Positions 28,524-38,586 of a stretch of 49,869 bases of DNA are shown here, in pieces. A model generated the notes under the pieces. It ran no database searches, was not told where the DNA came from, and was given only the letters and a program-made list of their open reading frames with translations. The stretch comes from Thermoproteota archaeon. GTDB taxonomy: Archaea; Thermoproteota; EX4484-205; JAAOZP01. Made by a program: the position numbers and the translations under genes. Numbering within the stretch: the first letter of the stretch is position 1; the number at the start of each line of letters is the position of its first letter. The stretch is taken from NCBI GenBank assembly GCA_049700215.1, contig JBNAVT010000014.1, forward strand, positions 1-49,869. Direction: 5' to 3'.

Positions 28524-29564
28524 ATGATTAACCCGCCTTCCGGCGAGGTGGAAAGCGAGGTGAGGTTCGACGATTTCACTGGCAGGATTGTTATAGTTGC
28601 GAGAGGAAGACGGAAAAGGCCTCACTTCTACCGTGAGGAATTTAAAGAGGATGATAAGGAGTGCCCGTTCTGCCCCGGTCGCGAGAGCAAGACTCCTAAG
28701 GCAAGTCTTCTATACATTTCGGAGGATGGGCAAAGCGTTCTGAAGACTTTTGACGAGAATGGGCTTAGGAGGAGCGACTGGTCTGTTAGGGTTTTCCCCA
28801 ACATGTTTCCCGCGCTTAGCACTAGGGTAGGGTCCTCCGAGCCAGGATGCTTTAGCCCGTATGGTTATCACGAGGTTGTTGTAGAGAATCCGAATCACCT
28901 CTGGAGCTATGAGACGGCTGAGCCTAGGAGTATTGAGCTGCCTCTACTAGCACTACTGGACAGGGGGAGATTCATGGAGTCTGACGAGAATGTTAAGCAT
29001 GTTGCTGTTTTCAAGAATCACGGTAAGGAGGCTGGAGCCTCCATCGCGCATCCTCATTACCAGATTATAGGCGGCTCATTTGTTCCTCCTTTAGTTTCAA
29101 AAGAGTTAGAATCTTTCTCAAGGATTACACGGGTTCGTGGTGAATGCTATTTTTGCGCGTTGATCACGGGGGCTCAGGAAGGCGGTCGGCTTGTGTCAGC
29201 TGGTGAACGCTTTACGGTTATAACTCCTTTTGCAAGCATCTTCCCGTATGAGTGCTGGATTGTGCCGAAGCGTCACACCAGCTCTTTCCTTGATTCCCGT
29301 GAGGAGGAGATCAGTGATCTTGCGCTAATCTTTAGAGAGCTTTTTTCCGCCTACAAAATCGTGTTGGGCGATTTTTCATTCAACATTGTTTTTCATTCAA
29401 GGCCTGTGGGTTACAGGGATTTTCACTGGCACATCGAGGTGTATCCGCGTGTTGCTGTACACGCCGGCTTCGAACTCGGGTCTGGCGCGTTTATAAACAT
29501 CGTATCGCCGGAGGAGGCTGCTTTTCAACTGCGTCAAGCTCTCCACGCGTCTAACAATGTTTAA
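28524..29564 (+). CDS. galT: Galactose-1-phosphate uridylyltransferase family (GalT-like)
   Basis: CPFCPG, RVFPNMFPAL, HEVVVE, FKNHG..AGASIAHPHYQ (HxHxQ), HWHIE. Confidence 0.88.
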   Translation: MINPPSGEVESEVRFDDFTGRIVIVARGRRKRPHFYREEFKEDDKECPFCPGRESKTPKASLLYISEDGQSVLKTFDENGLRRSDWSVRVFPNMFPALSTRVGSSEPGCFSPYGYHEVVVENPNHLWSYETAEPRSIELPLLALLDRGRFMESDENVKHVAVFKNHGKEAGASIAHPHYQIIGGSFVPPLVSKELESFSRITRVRGECYFCALITGAQEGGRLVSAGERFTVITPFASIFPYECWIVPKRHTSSFLDSREEEISDLALIFRELFSAYKIVLGDFSFNIVFHSRPVGYRDFHWHIEVYPRVAVHAGFELGSGAFINIVSPEEAAFQLRQALHASNNV

Positions 29565-30826
29565 TACACGGCCTTCCTCTCCTGACTTTTCCTGTTGTAC
29601 GCTCTTCGAACTCTGAGTTCAAAGTCAAGCAGCGCCTCCATCATATTGTTGTACGCGTTCAAAGGATTAGGGTATGGGTTAAAATAGCTGTGGACTTCAC
29701 CTGCTCCCCCTGTTTTAGTGCTTAAATAATAGTAATAGTCGCTAGTTGTAAGCCTTCTCCACAGCTCTAGGGCATCATTGTCTCCAACAGCCTTTACTAG
29801 GGGCTCCAAAGCCTTAATTCTTTCGAAAAGAAAAATTTGCATCGGGTTCTGCAGCCATGCCGTCAAATCCTTTTCCTCGTCAGCCCAAGACACGGTTCCG
29901 CCAAGCTCGAAAACATCTATCTCGTCCTTTGCGTCGAAAAGTTCCACTACCTCGCTTGGAAGCATGAAAGAAAGGTTCTCGTATTCAAGTACTTTCTCAG
30001 GTAGGGCTCTTAGAAAATCGAATATGCCGGTCTCCTTCCAATGGTGTTCCCCGAAGGTTTCATAGTCCATGAATATGTTGATACAGTCTCCAGGTGTGGC
30101 GGCAAGCCAGGACGCGTATTTTTCAGCGGTCAAAGGATACTGCTCCCACCTGGTTGATGAAAACCTGAAGCCTATGTCGTCAGTAAGCCTGTAGTTTCTA
30201 AGCAGCAGCCTCAACCTGGATGCTCCCTTTGGAGAATAAACGTAGTTCGGAGACCTCCAGCCAAGAATTCTTTCAACGCCTTCAGTGAAAATAGCCTTAA
30301 AACCCATTTTTTCAACCGTTCTGGCTATGGAATTGTTATAGATAAGCTCAGTGTTTTCGAAGACGGTGGGTTTCTGATTAAATTCCTCGCCTACAGCTTT
30401 CACGTGCTTCCTAACCTGCTCTATAAACTCAGGCCTATCCTCCGAGTAGAGGCTTACAAGCGAGTGGTAATAGGTCTGAGCTAAAAATTCGACTCTACCA
30501 GTGTCAGAGAGGTTCTTGAAGGCTTGAAGCACTCTTTCATCGTATTTTCTAGCCTGCTCTATGAAGAGCCCGCTCAGGCTGAAAGCAACCCTTAACCCTC
30601 TGTCTTCAGACTTCTGCCTTTCAATAATGTCGAGCAAGACTTCACTGGCCGGCAGATAGCATCTCTCCGAAACCCTCTTGAATATCTGTTTATTAAGCTC
30701 CTCGTCAAAATACATCTTCTCAAGGTCTCTGAACCTTACTATTTGCTTTGAAGCTATCCGCTCTACTATCCTTTGCCCTATCCTGTAAGGCTGGTGGGCT
30801 TCGAAGCATAATACCACTCCCTTCAT
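29561..30826 (-). CDS. GH57 family alpha-amylase
   Basis: FEAHQP, QTYYHSL, FENTELIY, TDDIGFRFS, MDYETFGEH, SWAD. Confidence 0.93.
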   Translation of the reverse strand: MKGVVLCFEAHQPYRIGQRIVERIASKQIVRFRDLEKMYFDEELNKQIFKRVSERCYLPASEVLLDIIERQKSEDRGLRVAFSLSGLFIEQARKYDERVLQAFKNLSDTGRVEFLAQTYYHSLVSLYSEDRPEFIEQVRKHVKAVGEEFNQKPTVFENTELIYNNSIARTVEKMGFKAIFTEGVERILGWRSPNYVYSPKGASRLRLLLRNYRLTDDIGFRFSSTRWEQYPLTAEKYASWLAATPGDCINIFMDYETFGEHHWKETGIFDFLRALPEKVLEYENLSFMLPSEVVELFDAKDEIDVFELGGTVSWADEEKDLTAWLQNPMQIFLFERIKALEPLVKAVGDNDALELWRRLTTSDYYYYLSTKTGGAGEVHSYFNPYPNPLNAYNNMMEALLDFELRVRRAYNRKSQERKAVY

Positions 30827-30850
30827 CCTTAATACGGGGCGGGAAGACTT

Positions 30851-30866
30851 TATTTAAGCTTAAATA
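30851..30866. promoter_or_regulatory. Perfect 16-bp palindrome TATTTAAGCTTAAATA; probable bidirectional TATA region or operator
   Basis: Centred in the ~60-bp gap between divergent GH57 (start 30826) and wHTH (start 30887/30893). Confidence 0.55.
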
Positions 30867-30886
30867 GAACGCCTGAAATAAACGTA

Positions 30887-31153
30887 TTGTGGATGGCTGA
30901 ACCAGATGCTTACGAGGATACTGATGTAAAGATACTTCTGCAGCTTCATAACTTGGCGGCAGTAGACCCTGGGAAAGCCGTGGACGCTGAGGATGTTGCT
31001 AAGATCCTTATGATAAAACCAGAGGAATTGATTCATAGGCTGTTCGACCTTGTTAGCAGGGGCTACGTAGCATCTCTTCAGGACAGGGTTGGTAAGAAGA
31101 AGTTTCATTTGACGGGTCTAGGCCTGATAAAGATAGAATCCCTGTTCTCGTGA
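30887..31153 (+). CDS. Small winged-helix DNA-binding protein
   Basis: AEDVAKILMIKPEELIHRLFDLVSRGYV...FHLTGLG wHTH pattern. Start may be ATG 30893. Confidence 0.7.
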   Translation: MWMAEPDAYEDTDVKILLQLHNLAAVDPGKAVDAEDVAKILMIKPEELIHRLFDLVSRGYVASLQDRVGKKKFHLTGLGLIKIESLFS

Positions 31154-31162
31154 TACGTAGCA

Positions 31163-31777
31163 TTGAGGATCGTTCTACTTACTACTGAATTTCCTCCCCG
31201 CGTAGTAGGCGAGCTCTCGAACCTTGTCAGTTTTATCGCAAGATCTCTTTCGAATAAGGGGTTTGATGTTAATGTCGTGGCCTTCGACGACTGGAGGAGC
31301 GGGTTTGAGGTGAAGGGCGGCATAAAGGTATACTATGTTTCCAACAAGGTTTCGTCTCACGTTAACCCTTTCACCTGGGCATCAAGCCTAAGCTGCGAGT
31401 ACACTAGAATACTGGCCGACCTGCTGTGGGAGCAGCCTAGTATTGATATAATTCATGCTTTCGAATGGAGTTCTGCCTTACCGTTGATTTCATTAAGGGA
31501 GGCTGTTCCAACCCCCTACGTTCAAAGCTTCCTGTCTCTAGAGGAGCTCAGGTCTCATTCTAATCTCTCCCTCCTAGGCCAGACTATTAAATGGGTTGAA
31601 TCCTTCTCTGCGAGTCTTGCAGACCGCATCATGGCGCACTCGGTGGCAACCTACAGTATGATTAGAGCATTGTATCCCTGGTGTGTTAAAAAGCTGCACC
31701 TAGTAGATTTCAACGATACGAATGCTGTTGAAGAATTAATTAGGGTTTACGAGGAGGTTTCTGAGAGGCGTGGATAA
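31163..31777 (+). CDS. Stand-alone GT4 N-terminal domain protein
   Basis: TEFPPRVVGEL, DIIHAFEW. Lacks the C-terminal donor-binding domain (no EPFG motif) but keeps the terminal helix ELIRVYEEV. Confidence 0.75.
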   Translation: MRIVLLTTEFPPRVVGELSNLVSFIARSLSNKGFDVNVVAFDDWRSGFEVKGGIKVYYVSNKVSSHVNPFTWASSLSCEYTRILADLLWEQPSIDIIHAFEWSSALPLISLREAVPTPYVQSFLSLEELRSHSNLSLLGQTIKWVESFSASLADRIMAHSVATYSMIRALYPWCVKKLHLVDFNDTNAVEELIRVYEEVSERRG

Positions 31778-33002
31778 GCTAAGGGTTCTTATGTTGTCTT
31801 GGGAGTATCCTCCACGGGTAATCGGGGGGTTAGCTACTCACGTCAAGCATCTTACGGAGGAGCTGCGGAACATCGGTGTAGAAATAATCTTGCTCACGTG
31901 CAATTATCCAGGGGCTCCTGAGACGGAGAGGCTTGGAAACATGACGGTGAAAAGGGTTGAATCCTATACTGCGCCGACGTCGGATTTCGCATCCTGGGTC
32001 CTCCTTATGAACATCAATATGGAGCGCGAGGCTGTGAAAACAGTTAAAGAATGGGGCCGTGTCGACATTGTTCACGCGCACGACTGGCTTGTTGCTAAGC
32101 CAGCGATATCGATAAAACACCTGTGCAGGATCCCGCTCATATCCACTATACACTCAACCGAGCAGGGCAGGCGGCGCGGGTTACACACTGATTACCAAAG
32201 AATGATACACCAGATAGAATGGTGGCTAACCTACGAGTCTTGGAAAGTGGTTTGCTGCAGCAATTACATGAAGGAGGAGGTGGTGAGGTTCTTCAACACG
32301 CCTCCTGACAAGATACTAGTGATACCGAATGGTGTGGATAAAAACAAGTTCGACGGCTATTCTTGCAAGAGGGACTTCAGGTCGCGGTACGCTGCAGACC
32401 AGGAGAAAATGATTCTTTACGTTGGGAGGCTCGTCCCGGAGAAGGGGGTAGACGTGCTCTTAGGTGCGATGCCGAGTGTGCTGAATTCTCATCCCGAAGC
32501 CAAGCTGGTGGTTGTTGGAGAAGGGTATTATAAAGAGGAGCTGATGCGGATTGCGGGGCAATTAAGCATTTTCCCCAAGGTGCATTTCACCGGCTACGTG
32601 GATGACGAGACTCTCAGACGGCTCTATAAGTGTGCTTCAGTAGCCGTATTCCCAAGTCTATACGAGCCTTTCGGCATAGTTGCTTTAGAGGCGATGGCTT
32701 CCGGGGTTCCAGTAATAGTTTCCAATGTAGGGGGTCTCTCAGAGATCGTTGAGGACGATGTAAACGGCCTGAAGGTGGAGGCTAACAATTCAGACTCGTT
32801 GGCGCGCGCGATCTCTTACTTGCTGGATAATCCTGACGCGGCGGAGCGTTTAAAGCAGAATGCTTTTAAAAAGGTTGCTGAGACGTATGATTGGAGGTCT
32901 ATTGCTGAGAGAACTAGGGCTCTTTACCTGAAGACGCTTGAGGAAGCGAGGGTAAACCCGTGGATGAGGGGAAACCTGCCGGCTGCGTCGGAAGCACTTT
33001 AG
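31770..33002 (+). CDS. GT4 glycosyltransferase
   Basis: WEYPPRVIGGL, HAHDWL, HSTEQGR, GRLVPEKG, PSLYEPFGIVALEAMA. Confidence 0.92.
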   Translation: MDKLRVLMLSWEYPPRVIGGLATHVKHLTEELRNIGVEIILLTCNYPGAPETERLGNMTVKRVESYTAPTSDFASWVLLMNINMEREAVKTVKEWGRVDIVHAHDWLVAKPAISIKHLCRIPLISTIHSTEQGRRRGLHTDYQRMIHQIEWWLTYESWKVVCCSNYMKEEVVRFFNTPPDKILVIPNGVDKNKFDGYSCKRDFRSRYAADQEKMILYVGRLVPEKGVDVLLGAMPSVLNSHPEAKLVVVGEGYYKEELMRIAGQLSIFPKVHFTGYVDDETLRRLYKCASVAVFPSLYEPFGIVALEAMASGVPVIVSNVGGLSEIVEDDVNGLKVEANNSDSLARAISYLLDNPDAAERLKQNAFKKVAETYDWRSIAERTRALYLKTLEEARVNPWMRGNLPAASEAL

Positions 33003-33051
33003 GAAAAACATGAATCCTCAAGGTTTAACTTGAGTCTGGCTCAGAAGGTTT

Positions 33052-34134
33052 CTAAGTGTATGCTCCATACTTCTTAACCAGCTCTATGACTCTCCTATAG
33101 TTTGCGAAGCTCACGTTTTTCGGTATCGAGTGGTCAGAGTGATAAATGTATCCTCCACCCTGTTTCGCGAGGGATATTTTCCGCTTTATCTCATCCTCAA
33201 GTGGAGTAGGGTCGTCTAAAGCCATCAGCCTCACGTCTATTCCCCCCATGAAGCAAAGCTTATCGCCATACTGCTCCTTAAGCTCGGCGAGGTCCATACC
33301 CGCCTTTACTTCAAGCGGCTGCAAGCAGTCAATGCCCTCCTCTATGAAGAAGGGTATTAGGTCCTTAACTCTTCCGCAGCTGTGAAGCAGGACCGGCATG
33401 TCTCTACTGTGGAAAAACCTGCAAAGCTCTTTAAAAACAGGGTGAAGCTGCTGTTCATAGTGTTTCGGAGAGAACAATAGGCCGTTCTTATAGCCTAGGT
33501 CGCAGAAGAGGAATGCTCCGTCAAACTTCAACCCGGCCCTCATCATTCTATCGCACATCTCCATTGCAAGCTTAGCGTCAGTCCAATACATGTCTACCAC
33601 CCAGTCTGGCTCCATTACGATCGCTTTCAGAAGTCTCACAGTGGCAACGTAATTCTGAATCTTATCGTATCCTACAGCCGCGTTGTAAGTTATGAACCTT
33701 CCTAGGCTCCTCTGGTAATGATAATTGTTGAAAGTCGAAACCCAGTCAACCCTCCAGTCGCTCGGCTGAAGCCGTGGCTTAAGCTTCTCCCAGTCAGCCC
33801 TGCTCTTACAGGGGTAATCTATTATCTCTGGCGTGGTTGACCTGTCTCTATGATTTCTCCTAACCCCTCCGTAAGAATCTCTTTCAACTATGTACTCTTC
33901 ATCCTCCCTAATTACCTCAACGGGGAGCTGTGGCGTAGTGTCGGCTGAGAACCCGGCCAGCTCGTAGCCAAAATAGTCGGCGGGTGAAACGCCTGAGGGT
34001 AGGCCTTCACTCCTCCACCTGTCGACAGTAGCGCCCCAGGGGCTGTCATGCATCGGTATCCTGTCGGCTTCTTTATGCTTAAGAGCCATCAACACTCTTT
34101 CCCGCGATGTCAGAGCCATTTTAAAACACGGCAT
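33052..34134 (-). CDS. Uroporphyrinogen decarboxylase / MtaA-CmuA methyltransferase superfamily protein
   Basis: LTSRERVLMALKHKEADRIP, DLGYKNGLLFSP, LHSCG, CFMGGID, GGYIYHSDHSIP. Start may be ATG 34119. Confidence 0.85.
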   Translation of the reverse strand: MPCFKMALTSRERVLMALKHKEADRIPMHDSPWGATVDRWRSEGLPSGVSPADYFGYELAGFSADTTPQLPVEVIREDEEYIVERDSYGGVRRNHRDRSTTPEIIDYPCKSRADWEKLKPRLQPSDWRVDWVSTFNNYHYQRSLGRFITYNAAVGYDKIQNYVATVRLLKAIVMEPDWVVDMYWTDAKLAMEMCDRMMRAGLKFDGAFLFCDLGYKNGLLFSPKHYEQQLHPVFKELCRFFHSRDMPVLLHSCGRVKDLIPFFIEEGIDCLQPLEVKAGMDLAELKEQYGDKLCFMGGIDVRLMALDDPTPLEDEIKRKISLAKQGGGYIYHSDHSIPKNVSFANYRRVIELVKKYGAYT

Positions 34135-34265
34135 ATGAGACCTGCATATATGTTTTTAGAAGTCCAGTGGCGGCGAGCTTCTAAAAGGTTGCATGATTCT
34201 AGGTTTAGCGGTTATTGAAGAGTTAATATGCTGGGTTTAGCCATGCTTTAACGTTTTCACGTGTT

Positions 34266-36509
34266 TCAAACCCTGACCTCGTCTTCCCAGGAATCCCACT
34301 TCGTTTTAAGCTCAAACTCCCAGTATTCCTTCTCAGTCTTAAACGTTCCTTTGCGGTCAATGTCTGGCCGGTTGGTAAGGTCGATAACACTCGGCTCCTC
34401 GGATGAGAAGATCGTCTTGTCTCTGAACAGAAGCCTCATCCCATCTATGAAAGCGTATTTTAGCAAGCTACCGTTAAGCCTCGCGTAGAGGTAGGCTGCA
34501 TCGGTTGCAAACTCGTCGTATCGAACCTCCCCGGCTTCATACGTGTAGACGGGTCTAACCTCTGGTCTAACTAGCCCGATGGAGAGGTCGTGCTTAACGC
34601 ACACGTATGCTGCTCCGTTGGGCTGCTCTATTCTTATAGCGGTGGCATTCGGATACTTGTCTACTTTAACTCGCTTAAGTTTCCCGAGCATAGTGTCAAC
34701 AGCCTCGTCCTCCCTGTGGGGCCATAGGAAAGTTGTGAAGGAGGCGTATTCTCCTTTTTTGAAGCGGTTCGAATAAGTCTGGTAGACGCATTTCTCGGGA
34801 AGATAGCATCGCATGGTCTCGTCAACCCCTTGCGTCTTGCCCCCATCAGGGTGGAAATAGATCAGAAGTCTCTCTCCCTTCTTATTAGGCCATGCGAAAA
34901 GTTTTCTCTCCTCGAGAGTTATATCCGGTTTGTTCATGGCTCCAACCATCCCTATTAAGTCGATCGAAGTGTCGAAGAACTCTTCGCCAGCAGCATGAAT
35001 GTTCTGGGTCCATAGTAGGTTGCTGACTGTAAACTCGCCGTCTCCTAGAATCTTAACTCCGTCATGTATTACGAATGCCTTCAAATCCTTCAAGTATGTT
35101 ACAACCCTGTCCCAATGATACCCATTCTTACCATCCATCACTTCAGTCCTGCTCACATCAACGTCTCGGAATGTTTTGAAATGAACCCTCCTGGTTCTAA
35201 CAGGCTGGTAAACCCCTTTATCATGAAGAAATTCGAAAAGCCTTTTGCGCGACGGTGTTCCGGGCCGAACGACTATGCGATTATGGTAGACGTCAGCCCT
35301 GTAGGCCCCGTTCGGCAGAGCCTCGCGGTAACCCCCATCGTGAAGCAGGAAAGCCCCGTTTTTAATGAGGGTGACGATAGAGTTTTCGTCAGCATGACCG
35401 TGATGCATCTTCTCAGCGGTTACTACAAGAGTGTTACGCAAGTGCTCCTTGTAATACCAGCCGATGTCTCCCTCATCCATATAGTTGAGAAGCATGTAGG
35501 CTGCGTTCTCATCCCAGCCTTCTCTGAAAACAATCTTCTTCCCAATAGCCTCGTCCAGAACCTCTTGGCTGAGGGATGCTGGAACCTTGGCTTCAACACT
35601 ATCGTCTGACCAGAGGTATGCGAATATGGCGTAGACACCCAGCCTTTTCTCCTTAACGGCGAACCTGAAGATTCTGTCCGCGGCATACTTCATATAGGGA
35701 TCCCTATACACGCTGGCCCCCTTCTCCAGGATCGCTAAGTATAGCTCGGCGTTTGCACCCCATGTCGCATCGCCGAAATCCGGGATCATTCCGAGTGGGC
35801 AGAGCAAGTATGTAAAATAGTGGAAATAGTATTTCATAATGGGCGAGTCGAGTACTTCACGGTCTCCGGTAACGTCTAGATATAGCAATAGGTCTGAGAG
35901 CCAGATTGGAACATAGAGCTCACTGTCTTCAAGCGACCAGTGTTTCAAGCTGGGTTCAACCATGAGTTTTCCAAGTCTGCTCCACTTCGAAGCATCAGGA
36001 TGATCTGGAAAAACCTTTGCAGCGTAGGCTAGTGCTAATCCTCTTTTAATTGCACGGTTATGCGGTCCCCACTCCGGGAAGGAGAAGAATGGTTTAAGAC
36101 TGTTTCCAACTATATGCTTAAAAACTTCCCTGTCCTCCACCCCTATAACCCCGCTGTTTCGAATGAATTCGTAGGCTCGCAGAAACAGGGTGACTCCTCC
36201 AAACCAATTTAACATCGGGTGTATCCCTTTAACGTACTTCGGCATTCTCCGCATGCGGTCTGGAACCATTTCAGGCAGCTTCTGGTATGTGAGCATCGCT
36301 TCCCTAGCTTTTTCAGCATACTCCTTAATTCCTGTAACAGAGTAGAGAAAGCCCTCGACAAGAGCGCGTGCAACCGGAGCCATGGGTGGGTCAAAGGAGT
36401 CAGCGGTCTCCATCCTTTTCTCCCAGTCTTTCAACGACTGGTCGTAGTTTCTCAACAATTCTTCGTAATACTTCTTGATGAAGTCGAAGTAGTCTTTCTT
36501 CGTCGCCAT
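34266..36509 (-). CDS. Large hypothetical protein with heparinase II/III-like (alpha-toroid plus beta-sandwich) features
   Basis: PDFGD, HGHADENS, LHDGGY, YHNRIVV, WDRVV motifs typical of oligosaccharide lyase-like proteins. No signal peptide seen. Confidence 0.6.
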   Translation of the reverse strand: MATKKDYFDFIKKYYEELLRNYDQSLKDWEKRMETADSFDPPMAPVARALVEGFLYSVTGIKEYAEKAREAMLTYQKLPEMVPDRMRRMPKYVKGIHPMLNWFGGVTLFLRAYEFIRNSGVIGVEDREVFKHIVGNSLKPFFSFPEWGPHNRAIKRGLALAYAAKVFPDHPDASKWSRLGKLMVEPSLKHWSLEDSELYVPIWLSDLLLYLDVTGDREVLDSPIMKYYFHYFTYLLCPLGMIPDFGDATWGANAELYLAILEKGASVYRDPYMKYAADRIFRFAVKEKRLGVYAIFAYLWSDDSVEAKVPASLSQEVLDEAIGKKIVFREGWDENAAYMLLNYMDEGDIGWYYKEHLRNTLVVTAEKMHHGHADENSIVTLIKNGAFLLHDGGYREALPNGAYRADVYHNRIVVRPGTPSRKRLFEFLHDKGVYQPVRTRRVHFKTFRDVDVSRTEVMDGKNGYHWDRVVTYLKDLKAFVIHDGVKILGDGEFTVSNLLWTQNIHAAGEEFFDTSIDLIGMVGAMNKPDITLEERKLFAWPNKKGERLLIYFHPDGGKTQGVDETMRCYLPEKCVYQTYSNRFKKGEYASFTTFLWPHREDEAVDTMLGKLKRVKVDKYPNATAIRIEQPNGAAYVCVKHDLSIGLVRPEVRPVYTYEAGEVRYDEFATDAAYLYARLNGSLLKYAFIDGMRLLFRDKTIFSSEEPSVIDLTNRPDIDRKGTFKTEKEYWEFELKTKWDSWEDEVRV

Positions 36510-36598
36510 GCTTCGGCCTCCGAATCGTCTCGATTAATAAAGATTTCTAACGACTCGCGTAACCTTTAATAGAATCGAAGGATGGAGGTAGCGTAGGG

Positions 36599-37843
36599 TT
36601 GGAAGAATTAGCTATTCACGGTGGTCCAAGAACTAGGTTGAAAGAGCTTCCCAGCAGGAGGGACATAGGTGGCGAGGAGATGAAGGAGCTTGTGGACGTC
36701 ATCTGGTCCGGTAATTTAAACAGGGTGGGCGGGACAAAGGTTTTAGCCTTTGAAAAAGAGTTCGCTAAGCTCTACGGGGTTAAACACGGGGTTGCCTCAA
36801 CATCCGGAACAGCCTCAATCCACGTTGCTCTAGGGTCGATTAACCCTGATCCCTGCTCCGAGATCATAACTGGCCCTATTAGCGACATAGGGAGCATAGT
36901 TCCAATACTCTGGCAAAACTGTATCCCTGTGTTTGCCGACATCGACCCGGAAACCTACGGGCTGGATCCTGAAGACGTTGAGAGGAAAATAACGGATAGG
37001 ACTGTGGCTGTAATCGCGATACATCTTTTCGGCCAGTGTTGCGACATGGACCCGCTTGTTGAAATCTGTAGGGCTCATGGGCTTTATTTGATTGAAGATG
37101 CTTCTCAAGCCCATTTAGCTGAGTATAAGGGTAGGCTGGCGGGAACAATGGGTGATCTAGGCTGCTTCAGCCTCCAACAGTCGAAGCAGATGACTTGCGG
37201 AGACGGTGGAGTAACTATTACGGATAATGATGAGCTTGCTGAGAGGGCGCGTCTATTCGCGGACAAGGCTTGGCCCAGGGGTCAGGCTGGGGAAAGAGGG
37301 TATCTTTTCCTAGCTATGAATTACAGGATGACTGAGCTCCAGGGGGCCGTAGCGCTCGCCCAGTTGCGCAAGGTGCAGAATATAGTTGCTAGGAGGAGAA
37401 GGGTTGGGGATACTTTAACGAAGCTTTTAAGCGAGGTTGAGGGCGTGAACCCGCCAAAAACCCTTCCTGGGTCGAAGCACTCGTACTGGCTTTACCCTCT
37501 GACGATCAACCCTGAAGTTATCAGGGTTACTCCGGAGGAGTTTGCTAAAGCTGTTTCAGCGGAGGGGATACCTGCTTCCACCGGATACATTAAGAGGCCG
37601 CTCTACATGTTCAGCATTCTTAAAGAACAGGCTACGTATGGCTCCTCGCACTGCCCGTTTGACTGCCCACGCTACAGCAGGAGGATTCAGTACAGGGAGG
37701 GAGACTGCCCCAATGCTGAGAAGGTTCTTAGAGAGATAATAACTATTCCTGTGAACGAGTTTTACACGGATGAGGATATTAACGACATATTTAAGGCTAT
37801 AAGCAAGGTGGCCAGCTATTATAGGGAGAATCCTAAAGTCTGA
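36599..37843 (+). CDS. DegT/DnrJ/EryC1/StrS family PLP aminotransferase
   Basis: LAIHGG, SGTASIH, PVFADID, IHLFGQ, IEDASQAH, FSLQQSKQMTCGDGG, NYRMTELQ. Confidence 0.93.
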   Translation: MEELAIHGGPRTRLKELPSRRDIGGEEMKELVDVIWSGNLNRVGGTKVLAFEKEFAKLYGVKHGVASTSGTASIHVALGSINPDPCSEIITGPISDIGSIVPILWQNCIPVFADIDPETYGLDPEDVERKITDRTVAVIAIHLFGQCCDMDPLVEICRAHGLYLIEDASQAHLAEYKGRLAGTMGDLGCFSLQQSKQMTCGDGGVTITDNDELAERARLFADKAWPRGQAGERGYLFLAMNYRMTELQGAVALAQLRKVQNIVARRRRVGDTLTKLLSEVEGVNPPKTLPGSKHSYWLYPLTINPEVIRVTPEEFAKAVSAEGIPASTGYIKRPLYMFSILKEQATYGSSHCPFDCPRYSRRIQYREGDCPNAEKVLREIITIPVNEFYTDEDINDIFKAISKVASYYRENPKV

Positions 37844-38585
37844 AAACCCTCTTAGCGTTTAAATAGAATATTTTTTCTTTATCGTTTTCCGAGATCTCAG
37901 CATCCATAACCATTCCGATCGTGTGAGCAGGGTTTAAAAGTGTTAGGTCGCTGCCGAACATGATTTTTTCAGCACCCGCCTTTTCGACAGCCTCCTCGAG
38001 CTTCCCCCTTTCAAAAAGCGTCATGCATATCTCTAAATAAAGGTTTGAATACTCTTTAGCGGCAGCAATCGCCTTCCTCCAGCTTAACCCGGTTCCAGAC
38101 GCGACTGTCCCACCCATGTGTCCAGCTATGAATATGTTGTCAGGAAATCTTTTAACGAGTTCAATAAGCACCCTCACGTTGTCCAAACTGTAAGTATGTA
38201 TTAGAAACGGCTTTCGGTATTCCGCTGCTTCGCTTATCACCGAGATGCTGTCCTCAGAGTCTACTGAAACCCCGGAGTAATCCGGATGTATTTCGCCCAC
38301 GCCTTTGAAAAGCGGGTTGCCAAGATACTTCTTTACCTCAACCTTAGAGAGCTCGGGATAATTCGGGTTAACATACAAGTAGCCGTATAAACCTTTGTTT
38401 GAATCAAGGATACTGCTTAAATCCATGTTTCCCTCCACCATGTCGTAGGTTATTGCTTTGCTTGATGATAGAATAATCGCCTCAATACCGTGGCGATTCA
38501 TCAGCTCCTCTATATCCTTCTTCGTCGACCTGTAGATTGGGAAGAACCATTCCCCGTAGTGAGCATGCGCGTCGACTATGGTCAA
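37833..38585 (-). CDS. Amidohydrolase family (Amidohydro_2) protein
   Basis: IVDAHAH, EIHP, LIHT, GHMGG, MFGSD, NAKRVF. Likely TTG start at 38585 after AGGAGG (38595-38600). Confidence 0.88.
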   Translation of the reverse strand: MTIVDAHAHYGEWFFPIYRSTKKDIEELMNRHGIEAIILSSSKAITYDMVEGNMDLSSILDSNKGLYGYLYVNPNYPELSKVEVKKYLGNPLFKGVGEIHPDYSGVSVDSEDSISVISEAAEYRKPFLIHTYSLDNVRVLIELVKRFPDNIFIAGHMGGTVASGTGLSWRKAIAAAKEYSNLYLEICMTLFERGKLEEAVEKAGAEKIMFGSDLTLLNPAHTIGMVMDAEISENDKEKIFYLNAKRVFRL

Positions 38586-38586
38586 G

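Noticed and set aside
32802-32810. GCGCGCGCG run similar to the junction motif
   Set aside because: It lies within an intact GT4 gene (encodes L-A-R-A) and is flanked by TG and A rather than TA and T. It is probably coincidental, though it shows that GC runs can occur natively.
34154-34186. Inverted repeat TTTTAGAAG-N15-CTTCTAAAA
   Set aside because: Single AT-rich 9-bp stem. It could be regulatory or a terminator, but there is no second copy or other support.
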